A DNA stretch of 64,000 bases from positions 23,795,190-23,859,189 of the forward strand of contig NC_085846.1 of assembly GCF_035594765.1 (NCBI RefSeq), in the 5' to 3' direction. This document shows, in pieces, positions 23,265 to 36,109 of the stretch. Numbering within the stretch: position 1 is the first letter of the stretch; each line of letters opens with the position of its first letter. The position numbers were made by a program, and so were the translations under genes. The notes under the pieces were generated by a model. It did not search any database. It saw nothing but the letters and a program-made list of their open reading frames with translations, and was not told where the DNA came from. This DNA is from Anolis carolinensis (Eukaryota).

Positions 23265-23392
23265 ATGGTTCGGCAGCACTACACGAGAAAAGGACCTTGA
23301 GTTTGTAGCTGATCATAAATTCAACATGAACCTGCAATGTGATGCTACAGCAAAAGAGGTGCATGCTGTTTTAGCCTGCATTAATAGAAACA
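23265..23392 (+). mobile_element. Degenerate CR1 fragment
   Basis: gagaaaaggaccttgag...aaattcaacatgaacctgcaatgtgatgct resembles the CR1 EKDLGV..KLNMSQQC region at 31230. Confidence 0.6.
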
Positions 23393-23553
23393 AGTCCTGT
23401 TATATTCATACTCAGGATTGATGTTTCCTCCCATTTGACTTTCTAAGAGGAATGGCTGAGGACAAGCATCGCCTAAAGGGACTTCTTTGCTGTCTGGCTC
23501 AAGGTTAGAAGGCAATTATGGAACCATTTCCTTTTGTTCCAGGCTTGATATTA

Positions 23554-23876
23554 CAGTAGAGTCTCACTTATCCAAGCTAAATGGGCCGGCAGAAGCTTGG
23601 ATAAGCCAATAACTTGGATAATAACGAGGGATTAAGGAAAAGCCTATTAAACATCAAATTAGGTTATGATTTTACAAATTAAGCACCAAAACTTCATGTT
23701 ATACAACAAATTTGACAGAAAAAGTAGTTCAATACGCAGTAATGTTATGTTGTAATTACTGTATTTATGAATTTAGCACCAAAATATCACAATATATTGA
23801 AAACATTGACTATAAAAATGGCTTGGATTATCCAGAGGCTTGGATAAGCGAGGCTTGGATAAGTGAGACTCTACTG
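23554..23876. mobile_element. Tc1/mariner MITE, opposite orientation to 20344
   Basis: Same TIRs, TA TSDs, 323 bp. Confidence 0.92.
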
Positions 23877-26044
23877 TATGTTTAAAAGAGTTGGTGCATC
23901 TCTTGGCATCCCTTTTTGTGACCACATTTTGCTTGATGCTTACAGGCGACTCAAATAGTTGACTCTTGCTGGAACTGAAGAAATGTGAAATCATAGCTGG
24001 CAGAGTAAGTTATAGCTTAAGTCGTGAGGGTGGAACCTGGGCAAAAGGACACAACAATGTTAGTTACTGGCCTTTTTCTCATAGAATCTCTATCTTTGAA
24101 AGATGAATGATCATGTCCATCTGAGAAGGCCTCCTCTATAGCATTACTTGCAGAAGTTCTCCATAAACACTTTCATTTATCTGCCGAATACCACATGCAA
24201 ACATATTTTGCAAACACTTTTCATTTATTTATTAAAGCGAGTTAGGCACAGCTGTTACCGTGAGTGTGTGTGTGTAAAACATTGTGTTGCTATGCAAACT
24301 GGAGTTCTCATTTTTCGCCCTTCTTTTTGCTACCACTTGCATTAATTATGTCTAGCTTAATGTTTGATTATTGAGGCTTAGGTTTGCCTAGAAAAAGGTT
24401 TCACCTTTTTTCCTAGAAGTATTTGTTCCTTTTTCTCCATTTGCAGAGTAGACAGGGTTTGGTTCTAAATCCTTAATAGGGAAAGCAAGGTATTTGCTGC
24501 TTTGCTTTCCTTGTTCTAAGGTCAGTTAGCTTGCTTGTTTGCTTTCTCCATCCCCTCCCTAATGTGGCTTGTTTGCTCTGCAGCACATTTTGTTTATTCC
24601 AAGTCTTCTGTTTGTGACCTGGATTTCATGGATTGATGAAGGGGATATGTGAGCTAAATGGGTTCTGAGAACAGTAGGAAGAAGGAATTTATATTGGCTT
24701 TATCTCTAAAGCCAACAGGACTACTACTTGCAAATGTGTGGCCAGAAGTACAAGTTCTTGGGGGAATCTTTCTCCCTGAATTTTCAGAATGAAAGGAATG
24801 AAATACAAACATCAGAGAGAGCAGTAGCTTTAACATCCCTGCTAATTCCCATCTTCGAGGGTCACTGGCTCATTCAGTTTCAGTCAAAGACTGCAGGCAT
24901 CCATCTTGCCTGTCTGCTTGTCTGCATCACACTAGCACACGCTACTGCAAGGCTAAGGAAAGGCTGCATTAGTATTCAGGGCATCCTTTTCTCCTATCCA
25001 TCCCCTGAATCATCTTCCCCTATCCCACGCCACCCCCAGCTTCCTGTTTGGATTAAGAACAGGTTGTTCATTCAGCTGTGCAGGGCCCCTCACTCGCATA
25101 CAAATGACACTGCGTCTATGAGTCGGTTACTCACAACTGCAGAGGGTTCATTCAGCAAAGACACCTGCTGCAGTGCTGGAATGAGCAATGTTGACAGTAG
25201 AAGGGGAGGAAGAAGAGTCAGAAGCACTTCTGATGCAGTCTCTTCTTATGTCGCGTTCCTTTTTTTGTCTGCTCCCCCTCTTATCAATTTCAAAAAGATC
25301 ATATTGTCTTTTCAAGGTCAGATCTTTTTAATTGTTATATGAGATGAATCTGTCCAGATGTGTACGTGGACCTGATATCTACAAAGAATGCTGTAATGTA
25401 AAGAGAGAGGCCCAAATTTTGGAAGGTTTGCTACTACTCTACTGCTCTGCATTTGGGCATCTGTCTGGATAAGCCTTAAAAAAACAGACTAGGCTTAAGA
25501 ATTCCAACTGTTTGAAAGGCATAATTTTAATGGATACTTATTTGACTATGAAATGTCATGGAAGAACACTGGAAGATGACTCCATGTTTTGTCCACATCT
25601 GCATTAAAGGATTGTATTATTACATATGCTCTACTATCTGAATGAGTTATGTGGAGTTTATTGTTATGTTGTCATTATGCTTAATTTTCTAATAATTCAT
25701 TTTCATTGTTTTTAAAAGACCACATTTGAGGAATGCCTCAATGTTTTCAAAATCCTGGCTATATTTAACAACAAACAAAATACTCATGAACATATGTAGA
25801 GTACCTTTCTTTAACTAAGATTTAATCATAGTATGGAAGAAGTCTGGAAGTCACACACTCCAAATGGCAGTAGTTGACTCTTTATGAAGCATATCTATGA
25901 GACAACATGTTGCTCAAAACATTTTCCAACCCCAGGATTCCCTGGGATTGATACCAACATCTCTTTTCCAGCATTGTTCTTTAAAACCTTCTATTAAAGC
26001 AAAAATGCAAATAAGGTGTGGGCAAAGCACATCTTGTTTTAGAG

Positions 26045-26178
26045 CAGGCATGGGCTAACTTCAGCTCTCCAGGTGTTTTAGACTTCAACTCCCACAATTC
26101 CTAACAGCCTACCGGCTGTTGAGATTTGTGGAAATTGAAGTCCAAAACAATTGGAGGACCGAAGTTTGCCCATGCCTG
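26045..26178. mobile_element. 134-bp hAT MITE (caggcatgggc TIR)
   Basis: TIRs caggcatgggctaactt / aagtttgcccatgcctg; perfect TSD ttttagag. Confidence 0.9.
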
Positions 26179-27112
26179 TTTTAGAGACAAATTATATTTC
26201 CCAGATGCATAATTCTATTTTTGGGGGAATCCAGGTTTTTTTTTAATGAGACAAAAATATTTGCTCCTTATGCGGCCACAAAAACATTATTGAATCCTGC
26301 ATGATTTCCATCCTTGTTTTATTGTATGATTTTTTTCAAGATGAATCCAAGTATTGATTAGCTTTTTGTTTGTTGTTATTGGTTGCATAGCTGGCCCCTG
26401 GAAGTTCTTTCTGTTCTCTCTTTCCTTTCTCATGTATTGCAGAAAGAATTTGCTTAATTTCCCAGTTGCTGAGCTCTAACTTGTATAGCTTGTTCTTAAC
26501 AAACCTCCAGACGCAAGCAACAGAACATGAACCTTTTGAACTGTGACAAAAGTGAGATTGAAGAGAAGTTTGTTCAGTCATATACCTGTAAGGCAAGTTC
26601 TTCCTCCGTATAATCAGTTTGTCCTTTATGGTGCAATGCTAGGAGAGGCAAGGGAAGGTCATCTGAATGACCATTAGATCAAAAACACTGTAAACTGGGG
26701 TCTGCAATTCCTGCAGCTGAGCCAGAATTGAAGATAAAGGAAATCGATTTTTGCGTCAAATTATCTTAGCCAAACGGGGTCATCTCAATGTTTTACGCAC
26801 TGGGCTTATTTTGGATGTCATAGTGTCAACAGTTATTAGGGTAAACTGATTGAGGCCAAGTCAGATGTGTATTGTGAAAGTTCTAGTATGACTTCTCTCG
26901 CTGTCTCTTACCATTATTTCTTCATAAAAAAATTATCTGATTTGCAGTCCTCCATTTGAGCCCTTACTATCCATATACATCTAGCTCTGCTTTCTTGTTC
27001 CTTTAAGTTTTGATTTTCTTTCCTCATAGCCTTACAGGTTGTCAACTTGTGTAAAAAAAAGTAACTTTTCCATGCCCTGGGCTAGTTTGTCCCAGTAGAT
27101 CCTTGCCTCTTT

Positions 27113-27251
27113 GGCCCCTTCTACACAGCTGTATAAAATCCACATTGAACTGGATTATATGGTAGTGCGACCTAAAATAATCTAGTTCAAAGAAGATATT
27201 GTGGATTATCTGCTTTGATATAATGGGTTATATGGCTGTGTGGAAGGGCCC
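27113..27251. mobile_element. Palindromic PIF/Harbinger-like MITE
   Basis: ggccccttctacacag ... ctgtgtggaagggcc termini; related copies at 27818, 43305 and ~48890. Confidence 0.7.
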
Positions 27252-27817
27252 CTTGTTACTTTTACTACTACTTATTTTGTTGTTCTTTGACCCTGGGCCC
27301 AGTTCAGCACCATTACCCAAACTCCTGCTCCTTCTCCCTGCATGGTTTGATATCATAATAAAATAAGTTTTGGTGGCAAAGAAGGAAGAGTATGTTTGTT
27401 CACAGAGCAGAAATATTCATGAACAACATAGATCTCCTTCCCATCTTGTCTCCGCATTTGTGTAGTATTTCTGCATTACCACTGAGCAAAGTACTGACAT
27501 GTGGATTGCAACCAGAGTATGGATGGGAAATACATGGCCCCTGAGAAGTTAATCCATGGTAACTGTCATTCCCCATAGTTGCTTTCTTAATTAGTATTGA
27601 TGGGAGTTGTAGTCCAGCAACATGTGTTGGACACACGTTCCTGCCCTAAGGAAAGGTTCTATCGCATTTAGATTTCTTCAGTGATTTTCACTGCATATAA
27701 TCATGTGTGTCCAGAAATTTTAATCAGGAAATCAACCCGAAAACCCTGGGTTGACTCATCCATGGATCAGTGTAACTACTGTACCTTGTCAAAAATAGAC
27801 ACCATCTCCTTCTCTGA

Positions 27818-27958
27818 GGCCCCTTCTCCACTGCCATATAAAATATCTATTTTGAACTGGGTTATATGGCAGTGTAGACTCAGATAATAGAGTTCAAAAC
27901 AGATAATGCGGATTATCTGATTAGATGATCTGGATTATATGGCAGTGTAGAAGGGGCC
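27818..27958. mobile_element. Palindromic PIF/Harbinger-like MITE
   Basis: ggccccttctccactgccatata / tatatggcagtgtagaaggggcc; 3-bp flanks tga/aga. Confidence 0.75.
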
Positions 27959-28689
27959 AGAGTAGAGTTGCAAAAGGTGAGAGACGTGTACTTCCTGAAA
28001 GAACCAAAAAGAGGCACTTTGCTCTCTGTACCACAGTGCCATTTCGGACTTTTTTTGAATGCTTGGGTTGGGAATATGGCAGCGGGGCAGCTAACCCCCT
28101 AAGGAGGCACTAGTATTTTCCCTTTCTGTTGCATTCCCCTTGACTTATTCGCAGTTCATAATTTTGACCTTAAAATCTTGACTTATAAATGAGATCAACT
28201 TATACATTCGTGATATTGAAAGGCAAGAATGAAAAGTGGTTCTTTTGTGAACTTTGTGCTTCTTCCTGTTTGCAGAATGGAGAGAAATCAGAGTACTGAA
28301 CCTCACAAACTGTCGGGTGTCATTCAACAGAGCTCATCATCTGAGCCCCAGCACTTTCATTTTAAAAATTCAGCACTATTCCCTAGTAGTTTTCAGGACA
28401 TCTTCAACTCGATGTGGTGGTATACAACTGTAATAAATTATTGATGGTCTACTCTACATGGTCCTGCCTTGAAAGCCGAACCAGCCTTGCATGTCTGTGT
28501 AGGAATCTATTTTATAATGAACTTGGTGATTGAGTTGTTGATGGTTGTTTCATGAGACATGATAGATAGAATTATAAGCTCTTAAAGAATACCGTGAACT
28601 TTTTTGGTTTTACTTGAGAGAAGTGGTGATTTAGCGTCACTTAGCACTGTGTCACAAATACTAATGTTAAATTAATATGGTAATGAAGA

Positions 28690-28910
28690 AAGCCAGTATG
28701 GTGTAGTGGTTTGAATGTTGAACAACAAATCCCCACTAAGATACCAAACTCACTGGATAACCTTAGGCCAATCACATTCTCTCAGCCTCAGAGGAAGTCT
28801 AAAGACAAAACACCCTCAGAACAACTCTTGCCAAGAAAACCCCATGAAAGATTCACTTTAGAGTCACCACAAGTAGGAAATGACTTAAAGGTACACCACA
28901 ACAACAACAC
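28690..28910 (+). mobile_element. tRNA-derived SINE with RTE-type tail
   Basis: tggtgtagtggtt head and ...gacttaaaggtacaccacaacaac tail. Confidence 0.7.
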
Positions 28911-29199
28911 ATTAATATTTTAACAGCTGCCCTTGAGGAAGATTCTTATCAAAGTACATTGAGCATTAAAATATGCACTCTAGGAATAGCATTCTCATTG
29001 AGAACTAATAGATTGCCTTTCTTTTTATTTATTTTTTAAACTCCCAATGCTCTCCCCCCTTCTTCTAAGCTAGGAAAAATAAATATTTTAAAAAATAAGA
29101 GAATAAGCAGTCATTATCCCTATGTTTTCTTTTTCTCTGCTGCTTGCTCCATTCTGCCTTCCTCACCTCTCAGTTGACTGCCACTGTTTCTTCCTCCCC

Positions 29200-29610
29200 C
29201 TTCTTTCTGCGAACAGCTGTTGTTTGGCTTCCTCTATATTTAGTTGCTGATTTCTTTGTCGTCTTTGTCAGCTCCCCATGCTTATAATTACAACAGAACC
29301 AGGAGTGGGTGGAGGGCAGAGGATTTGTGTAGCTAAATAGTTTGTCAGCTGCTTCTGCAATGCTTGTCCTCATTGCTGCAGTGCTGCTGGGTTCATCTTT
29401 TTCTGGGTCCAGGTGAAATAGTTTGGGGGTGGTGATGGTGGGCTGGGGCTGTGCATGCATGCACTCACAAGTACACATGTGTGTCTTAATAAAAACAGCA
29501 CATGCTTTTCTACAACAGACTGCAAGGCGTGAAAGCAGAGGATACGCATCTGATGAGTCACCAAAGGCCTTGTTCATTCACAGTGTGCCAAAACGGATGC
29601 AAATGACTCA
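29200..29610 (+). promoter_or_regulatory. Candidate intronic muscle-type promoter
   Basis: MEF2 CTATATTTAG 29234-29243, CAGCTG E-boxes at 29214 and 29346, AP-1 TGAGTCA at 29554; repeat-free. Confidence 0.45.
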
Positions 29611-29732
29611 GATCTGGTGCCTGGAAGAAAAGAATGGTGGTGTTGGCAGCAATGATGATGGTGATTTGGGGAGTGCAGAAGGGTTTGCTACTAGCCAGGA
29701 TGGCTATATAGCATCTCCTTTTATGAGAGGCA
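29597..29732 (+). CDS. HDAC5: Candidate alternative first coding exon of HDAC5 (MQMTQIWCLEEK...)
   Basis: ATG 29597 in an open frame. Phase-1 donors at 29661 (G|gtgatt) or 29733 (A|gtatgc) are compatible with the 33625 acceptor. The 3' end is uncertain. Confidence 0.4.
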
Positions 29733-30064
29733 GTATGCAGCTTAGTTCCAGCTATTGAAGAACCCAAATACAAGTGAGCTTTTGTTAGGAATTGTGGGAG
29801 TTGAAGTACAAAACACCTGGAGGGCCTACGTTTTTCCATGACTGGTCTAGACACTGTGCTAGCAGAATGCTTGAACCGATAGGTCTTTGGTCTGCCCTAT
29901 CAAGACACTTCTTAAATTCTTCTTTCTGTATGAGAGAGATTTGAAAATGCTGTTGGCTGCATTCTCCCCAGTTACCCATCAGGTGATGTGGCTTTTTTCT
30001 AAAACCAGACACGGTAAGGCCTGAAATTTATACCATTTGTCTGATAATCCTTTCTTTATAATCT

Positions 30065-31370
30065 CAAGGCTAAAGCGCAAAATGAGCTCAGGCTTGCCAG
30101 GGACATAAAAAACAACAAAAAAGTCTTTTTTGCTTACGTTGGTAGAAAAAGGAAGAACAAGGAGGCGATAGGGCCACTGCGAGGAGAAGATGGGGTGATG
30201 GTGACAAGGGACAGGGAAAAGGCAGAACTACTTAATGCCTTCTTTGCCTAGGTCTTCTCACAAAAAGAAAGCCATCTTTAACCTCAGCAACATGGAATGG
30301 ACGAAGGATTGGGGGAAATCCAACCCCAAATAGGGAAACAAGTTGTCCAGGAACACCTGGCCTCTCTAAACGAATTCAAGTCCCCAGGGCCAGATCAGCT
30401 ACATCCAAGGGTATTGAAGAAACTAGCAGAAGTTATTTCAGAACCATTCGCAATTATCTTCGAGAGTTCTTGGAGAACGGGAGAAGTCCCAGCAGATTGG
30501 AGGAGGGTGAATGTGATCCCTATCTTCAAGAAGGGGAAAAAGAACGACCCAAACAATTACCGTCCGGTCAGCTTCACATTGATACCAGGCAAGATTCTGG
30601 AAAAGATCATTAAGGAAGTGGTCTGCAAACACTTAGAAACAGATGCAGTCATTGCTAATAGTCAACACGGATTTACCAAAAACAAGTCATGCCAGACTAA
30701 TCTGATCTCTTTTTTCGACAGAGTTACGGGTTGGGTCGATACAGGGAATGCCGTGGATGTAGCGTACCTAGATTTCAGTAAGGCCTTCGACAAAGTCCCC
30801 CACGACCTTCTGGCAAACAAACTAGTAAAATGTGGGCTAGACAAAACTACGGTTAGGTGGATCTGTAATTGGCTAAGCGAACGAACCCAAAGGGTGCTCA
30901 CCAATGCATTGTCTTCATCATGGAAGGAAGTGACAAGTGGAGTGCCACAGGGCTCCGTCCTGGGCCCGGTTCTGTTCAACATCTTTATTAACGACTTAGA
31001 CGAAGGGTTAGAAGGCACGATCATCAAGTTTGCAGACGACACCAAACTGGGAGGGATAGCTAACACTCCAGAAGACAGGAGTAGAATTCAAAATGATCTT
31101 GACAGACTAGAGAGATGGGCCGAAACTAGCAAAATGAAGTTTAACAGGGACGAATGAAGATATTTCACTTCGGCAGAAAAAATGGAATGCAAAGATACAG
31201 AATGGGGGACGCCTGGCTTGACAGCAGTATGTGCGAAAAAGACCTTGGAGTCCTTGTGGACAAGTTAAACATGAACCAACAATGTGATGCGGCAGCTAAA
31301 AAAGCCAACGGGATTCTGGCCTGCATAAATAGTGGTATAGCATCTAGATCCAGGGAAGTCTTGCTCCCCA
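30065..31370 (+). mobile_element. CR1 LINE ORF2 fragment (reverse transcriptase)
   Basis: ORF 30297-31157: [42 protein letters not shown]. Stop and frameshift at both ends; no 3' tail. Confidence 0.95.
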
Positions 31371-32670
31371 TCCAAAGTTGAATGGGTTGTGCTAGTGCAG
31401 ATGCATACCAAAGCTGAGCTGTGTTGTGGCAATTCATTGGTTGGATGATTAAAGATTGAAGTAATTCTAATGTTATTATTAGAAAAATGAAATATTTTGA
31501 AGGAAATGATGGGTGAAGATATCTGTTGAATGTTGTCTTTGTTGTTAACTTGTCTCCATCCCACTCTCAGCTTAGAAAGATTCATTTTTGAAGTGCATTT
31601 CCCAGAAGTCACTACATTGACTGGGGGATTCAGGGAGCAGAAGTGAAAAAGTCACCTTTCCATGCTCTTCATTGTCCCCACAATGACACCCAGTCATTAT
31701 GGACACCCAGTCCATAATGAAGACCTCAGAGGCTGCGTCCTAAACTCAGATGTAGCAGTAGAAGTAACTAGAGGACTCCCCAGTAAGAAAACCAGCTGAC
31801 ATATCTTCTCTCCCTACCTAAACCTTTATCTTAATATCATCTTTAGCAAGTTCTGTATGTGATAAGGCTCACCTAGTGGCCCACTTTATACAGTACAGTC
31901 CTCTGGAGTTTTTGATTTTGAAGGCTCTCTTTACCAAATTTAGTTTCAAGTCAAAGCATAATTAGAAGGGAAAGCTATACGGATGGTCCTTTATGTCACC
32001 CATCAGCTATTAGTATATGGATCACAGGATTACAGGTGTGCCTCAACTTACAAAGTAGATCAGTTAACCATGAAAAATGTTCTCATTTCCCTTTTCTCTA
32101 GAAAATACTTATGTGTTTGGGTTGCTTCAATTAAAGCTCACAGTGGTCTACATGTGTATATCAGTCTAAGGTGATGCAATAGTGACTTGTACCATTTCAG
32201 CATACAGTTGGAGATGCAATTTTGCAATGTTCTTCTATACTGAAAAACAATTTTGCAATGAAAAACAAATAAACAGTGACTAGTATATCAAGCTGAACTA
32301 GTTAGCCTGCTCTTTTTTGCCTAATTTTTAACATGCAAGGCATTGTTCATTCCAAAGAGCATATAAGAATGTGATAGGACATCATTTTGCTGCATGTTAG
32401 TCCGAGGACTGAATTCCATGATTTGAAAAATAAAAATATGGAGATTGGTCTGTGATAAATATGACACCTATCATTTTTACAGAACCCCAAAGATCAGGAA
32501 TGTGTTTTAAAAAGCTCAAAGATTTAAAGCTCAAAGATGTGTGAACTTTGTAATATGTAATACTTGGCCATGGAAACCCACTCGGTGATCCTGACTAAGT
32601 CATACCCTCATATCCCCAGAATAAGGCAAACACAACCCCCTGTGAATAAGTCTTGCCAAGAAATAACCAC

Positions 32671-32872
32671 AGGTCCATCTACACTGTCAAATGAATGCAG
32701 TTTGGCACCACTAACTTCCACTGCTCAAAAGCTATAGTTTTACAAGGCCTTTAGCCTTTTCTGCCAAATAGTGCTGGTGCCTCACCAGACAACTTCCATG
32801 AATCCACAACATTGAACGATGATAGTTAAAATAGTATTATGCTGCATTTATTCTACAGTGTAGTTACACCCC
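32671..32872. mobile_element. Degenerate Harbinger-like MITE
   Basis: catctacactgt / acagtgtagtt termini; similar fragments at ~2590-2720 and ~53930-54075. Confidence 0.55.
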
Positions 32873-33624
32873 ATGATGGGTACAGTCATAATGGGCAGCA
32901 GTGATTGTGTCGGCCTCCTGAGCCAAAGATTGTGTATCTTCTAGGCATTAATTTTACCTGGCTACAGTTGGCAAATCTTAGCATTTTAGTAAGAATCACA
33001 CTCAGTACAGGCTAGAAGCCTAATGTCTGTATGCATGTGGTTTAAGAAGAAGGGACCTTGCACTCTTTTGTTAAAGGGGGAAGGTCATAGATTTATTATA
33101 AAGTACATGTTCTCCATCCTGAAAACCTCAGGAAAAAAACAAAACAAAACACCAGCCTCTCTGGAACTTAGGCAGGCAAAATATCTTCATGTGACTATGG
33201 CATTGCCAATCAGAATAGCCTATACTGGGCTAGATGGACCAATGCTCTGAGAGGATTAGGCAGATTCATTGGGAACGTGGGCTCCATGCTACAAAAATGG
33301 TTGCAATTATTGCTGTTTTCTTGTTGACAACAAAATCAGACAAAAACATGAAGAATCTTTATGAATTTTCCATGACGTCAGAGTAGGCTAATCAATGGCA
33401 TGGGAGGGTTCACAACTGACATTGTTGTTTGGCCGTGTTGCACATAAAAGTGATAGTGCCATTGGAATGTATCCCTGAGAATCTACCATGCAAACAGGGG
33501 TGTTACTAATCTCTGCTGAACTTGTCCTTAGAAATACTATCACTACCACCATCATGAACTCAGCACCCCACTTCATTGCAGAGATTGTACCATTTCAATC
33601 ACAGTTCCTCTTCTTTCCCTCCAG

Positions 33625-33890
33625 CTGTGGACTTGAAGCCAGTACTTCCTGTGGTTATGCAGAGCTCTTGCAACAGCAGCAGCAGTAGCAGCCCGGTGGA
33701 CTTGCGGATGGATGCCCGGCCCAGTGTGCCTACCATAGACCCAGCCGCCCGGGAACAGCAGCTGCAGCAGGAACTACTGGCCCTGAAACAGCAGCAGCAA
33801 TTGCAGAAGCAGCTGCTCTTTGCTGAGTTTCAGAAGCAGCACGAACATCTAACGCGGCAACATGAAGTCCAGTTGCAGAAGCACCTCAAG
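33625..33890 (+). CDS. HDAC5: HDAC5 coding exon B (CtBP-type motif, Gln-rich helix)
   Basis: ccag acceptor, AAG|gtaatt donor, 266 bp, phase 1-0. AVDLKPVLP...PVDLR...[47 protein letters not shown]. Confidence 0.97.
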
Positions 33891-33893
33891 GTA

Positions 33894-34030
33894 ATTTATT
33901 TATTTATTTACATCACTTTTACCCCGCCTTTCTCTCCGAGGAGACTCAAAGCGGCTTACAGTAAATAGGCAAAAATTCAATGCCTAAAAACAATGTAAAA
34001 ACAACAGTTCATATAAAACAGATACCATTA
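33894..34030 (-). mobile_element. L2 3'-end fragment abutting the splice donor
   Basis: (ATTT)n followed by ccccgcctttctctccgaggagactcaaagcggcttaca. Confidence 0.75.
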
Positions 34031-35027
34031 CAAAATAAAGTCACATTATATAAAATTTTAAGAATGTCCAAGATTTTGAATTTGGAGGTGAATTTGTGAA
34101 TCTGTCTTCTCCAAAGTCACACAGTTCATACATTTCACACAGTACATTCAGTTGTGATGCTGCAGCTCTCCAAGCTCCCAGTCCTGGTGAGATCCTTTTA
34201 ACTTGAGGGGTTTGGGATGGGATTGATCTTTCAGTGTGCTTGCACTCCACCAAGTGCAATTCTGTGCAAGTACTACCCGCAAGCCCCCATAGAAAGCAGT
34301 TTCCTAGTAGCAGAGTACACCCTGTGAGTATTTAGTGGCTGGCGGAGGGTGAGGAGGTGGCATGCAGGTCTATTTAGCTACAGTTATACAGTTAGGAGAA
34401 GAAAGTAGACATTGCTTTCTCAGATCTCCAACAAGTATGGGAAGAAGATAGCTATTAACAGCAAGGCTGTCCACTAAATGCCAGTGTGGACCAACTTTGG
34501 TGCTTACAAAGTGTCTTCAGTAGATAAGTCATGCAAGAAAATATTGAATCTCTCCAACTTGTGCTAGCTAACATTACTAACAATATTTTAGCCTATGCAT
34601 GCAAAACACGTGCTTTGCCACTGACTAACAATTCCCTTCATGTACTGAAAATCTAGTCCTATCTGTGTTTTTTGCAGGTTTTTTTTTTTTTAAAAAAAAT
34701 CCCCCACTATTACCTAAAGCAACTGCTGTGCACTTATGTGCAGTTGAGCAGGACTTCTAGGATCTGTTTTGTACAAAAGTCAACTAGATTTCTTTTAAAA
34801 AAGCAAGCAAGAGAAGAAGCCTTTTTGTATTTTGTCTATCATGCAATTGAAGAGTGAGGGAAGATGCTGCTAAGGAGGAGGAACCCCTAACCTACCGGTT
34901 CAAATTTCTGGGGGGAAAAACTCCGCACATCTTAATCTGTTGGAATGTGTTTAGTTTTGGATATCTACATAGACACTTTCCCTTGCAGTGGTGTCAGCTC
35001 ACCCCCCCCCCCCTTTTCTCTCTGCAG

Positions 35028-35172
35028 CAACAGCAAGAGATACTGGCAGCAAAACGACAACAAGAATTGGAGCAGCAACGCAAGCGAGAACAACAGCGGC
35101 AAGAAGAGCTGGAGAAACAGCGTCTGGAGCAGCAGCTACTTATCTTGCGCAACAAGGAGAAAAGCAAAGAGA
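35028..35172 (+). CDS. HDAC5: HDAC5 coding exon C
   Basis: tctgcag acceptor, A|gtaatg donor, 145 bp, phase 0-1. QQQEILAAKRQQELEQQRKREQQRQEELEKQRLEQQLLILRNKEKSKE. Confidence 0.96.
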
Positions 35173-35636
35173 GTAATGCATTTTTCTTTCCATTGTAGTT
35201 AGATTTTTGATATCTTTTCTTGGGAAGGGAGCTGGAGTAGGCCTGAATGTGACACTCTGCCATCTCAAAAAATAAGACCAAAGAAGCAGCAGCAGCAGTT
35301 GATGATGATGTTACATTGTGCAGTTGAAATAACCCTAACCAGCATAGGTAAACCATTTTGAAATGGCCGTTAGCTTTCTAGCTTTAGCTCACACACTGCC
35401 ACATTTCTTAGGAATTGTTCATTAAACACATCTGTCATCACCTGTTTCTGAACTATATCAATAAGAATCTTTCCATTGATGTCCTTAAATATTTGGAGTG
35501 CTCAAGCTTCATTTAGGAAACATTGAAATAAACTTGATTGAAGCTAACATTTATGCTGTAAGTTTGCCTGTTGATAAATGTGTTTTAAAGATTCTGCTTT
35601 ATCTGAAATACCATATTAATAATTTGAATTTAATAC

Positions 35637-35637
<1 letters not shown>

Positions 35638-35679
<42 letters not shown>

Positions 35680-35830
35680 CTTTATTTATACCCCGCCACC
35701 ATCTCCCCAACAGGGACTCGGGGCAGCTTACATGGGGTCATGCCCAGAACAATACAATATAACAGAATATAAATAGAACAACAAATCATAACACATTGAA
35801 CAATACAATAAATGATAATATACACTACAT
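35638..35830 (-). mobile_element. L2 3' end with (ATT)n tail
   Basis: (TAA)n 35638-35678, then tttatttataccccgcc...gggactcggggcagcttaca. Confidence 0.75.
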
Positions 35831-36109
35831 AACGCAATTTGAGTGGTTCATAAGAATTATGTCTGGCTTCAGATAGTGTCATAACTTCTACACCAATCAA
35901 TAATTAAAGAAACAGATAAGGAGGACAATAAAATTAAGATAGTGTTGAGGAACATTTCAATATGATAACTACAAAAACTGTCTTGAATGGGTGGAGTGTT
36001 ATTTTTCCAATCACATGCTTAATTGATTTCAAGCAGATTAGAAACGAGTAGCTTATAATGTGGGATAAGAGACTAGATTGTCCATAATGCAATCCATAGA
36101 TTACATAGA

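Noticed and set aside
24728-25342. 204-aa ORF
   Set aside because: TTG start, no recognisable domain or convincing splice pair; consistent with chance in intronic DNA.
33488-33624. Upstream in-frame start for exon B (ORFs 33488 and 33576)
   Set aside because: The ATG-containing ORF is in another frame. The HDAC5 frame has a TGA at 33555 and no ATG before the acceptor.
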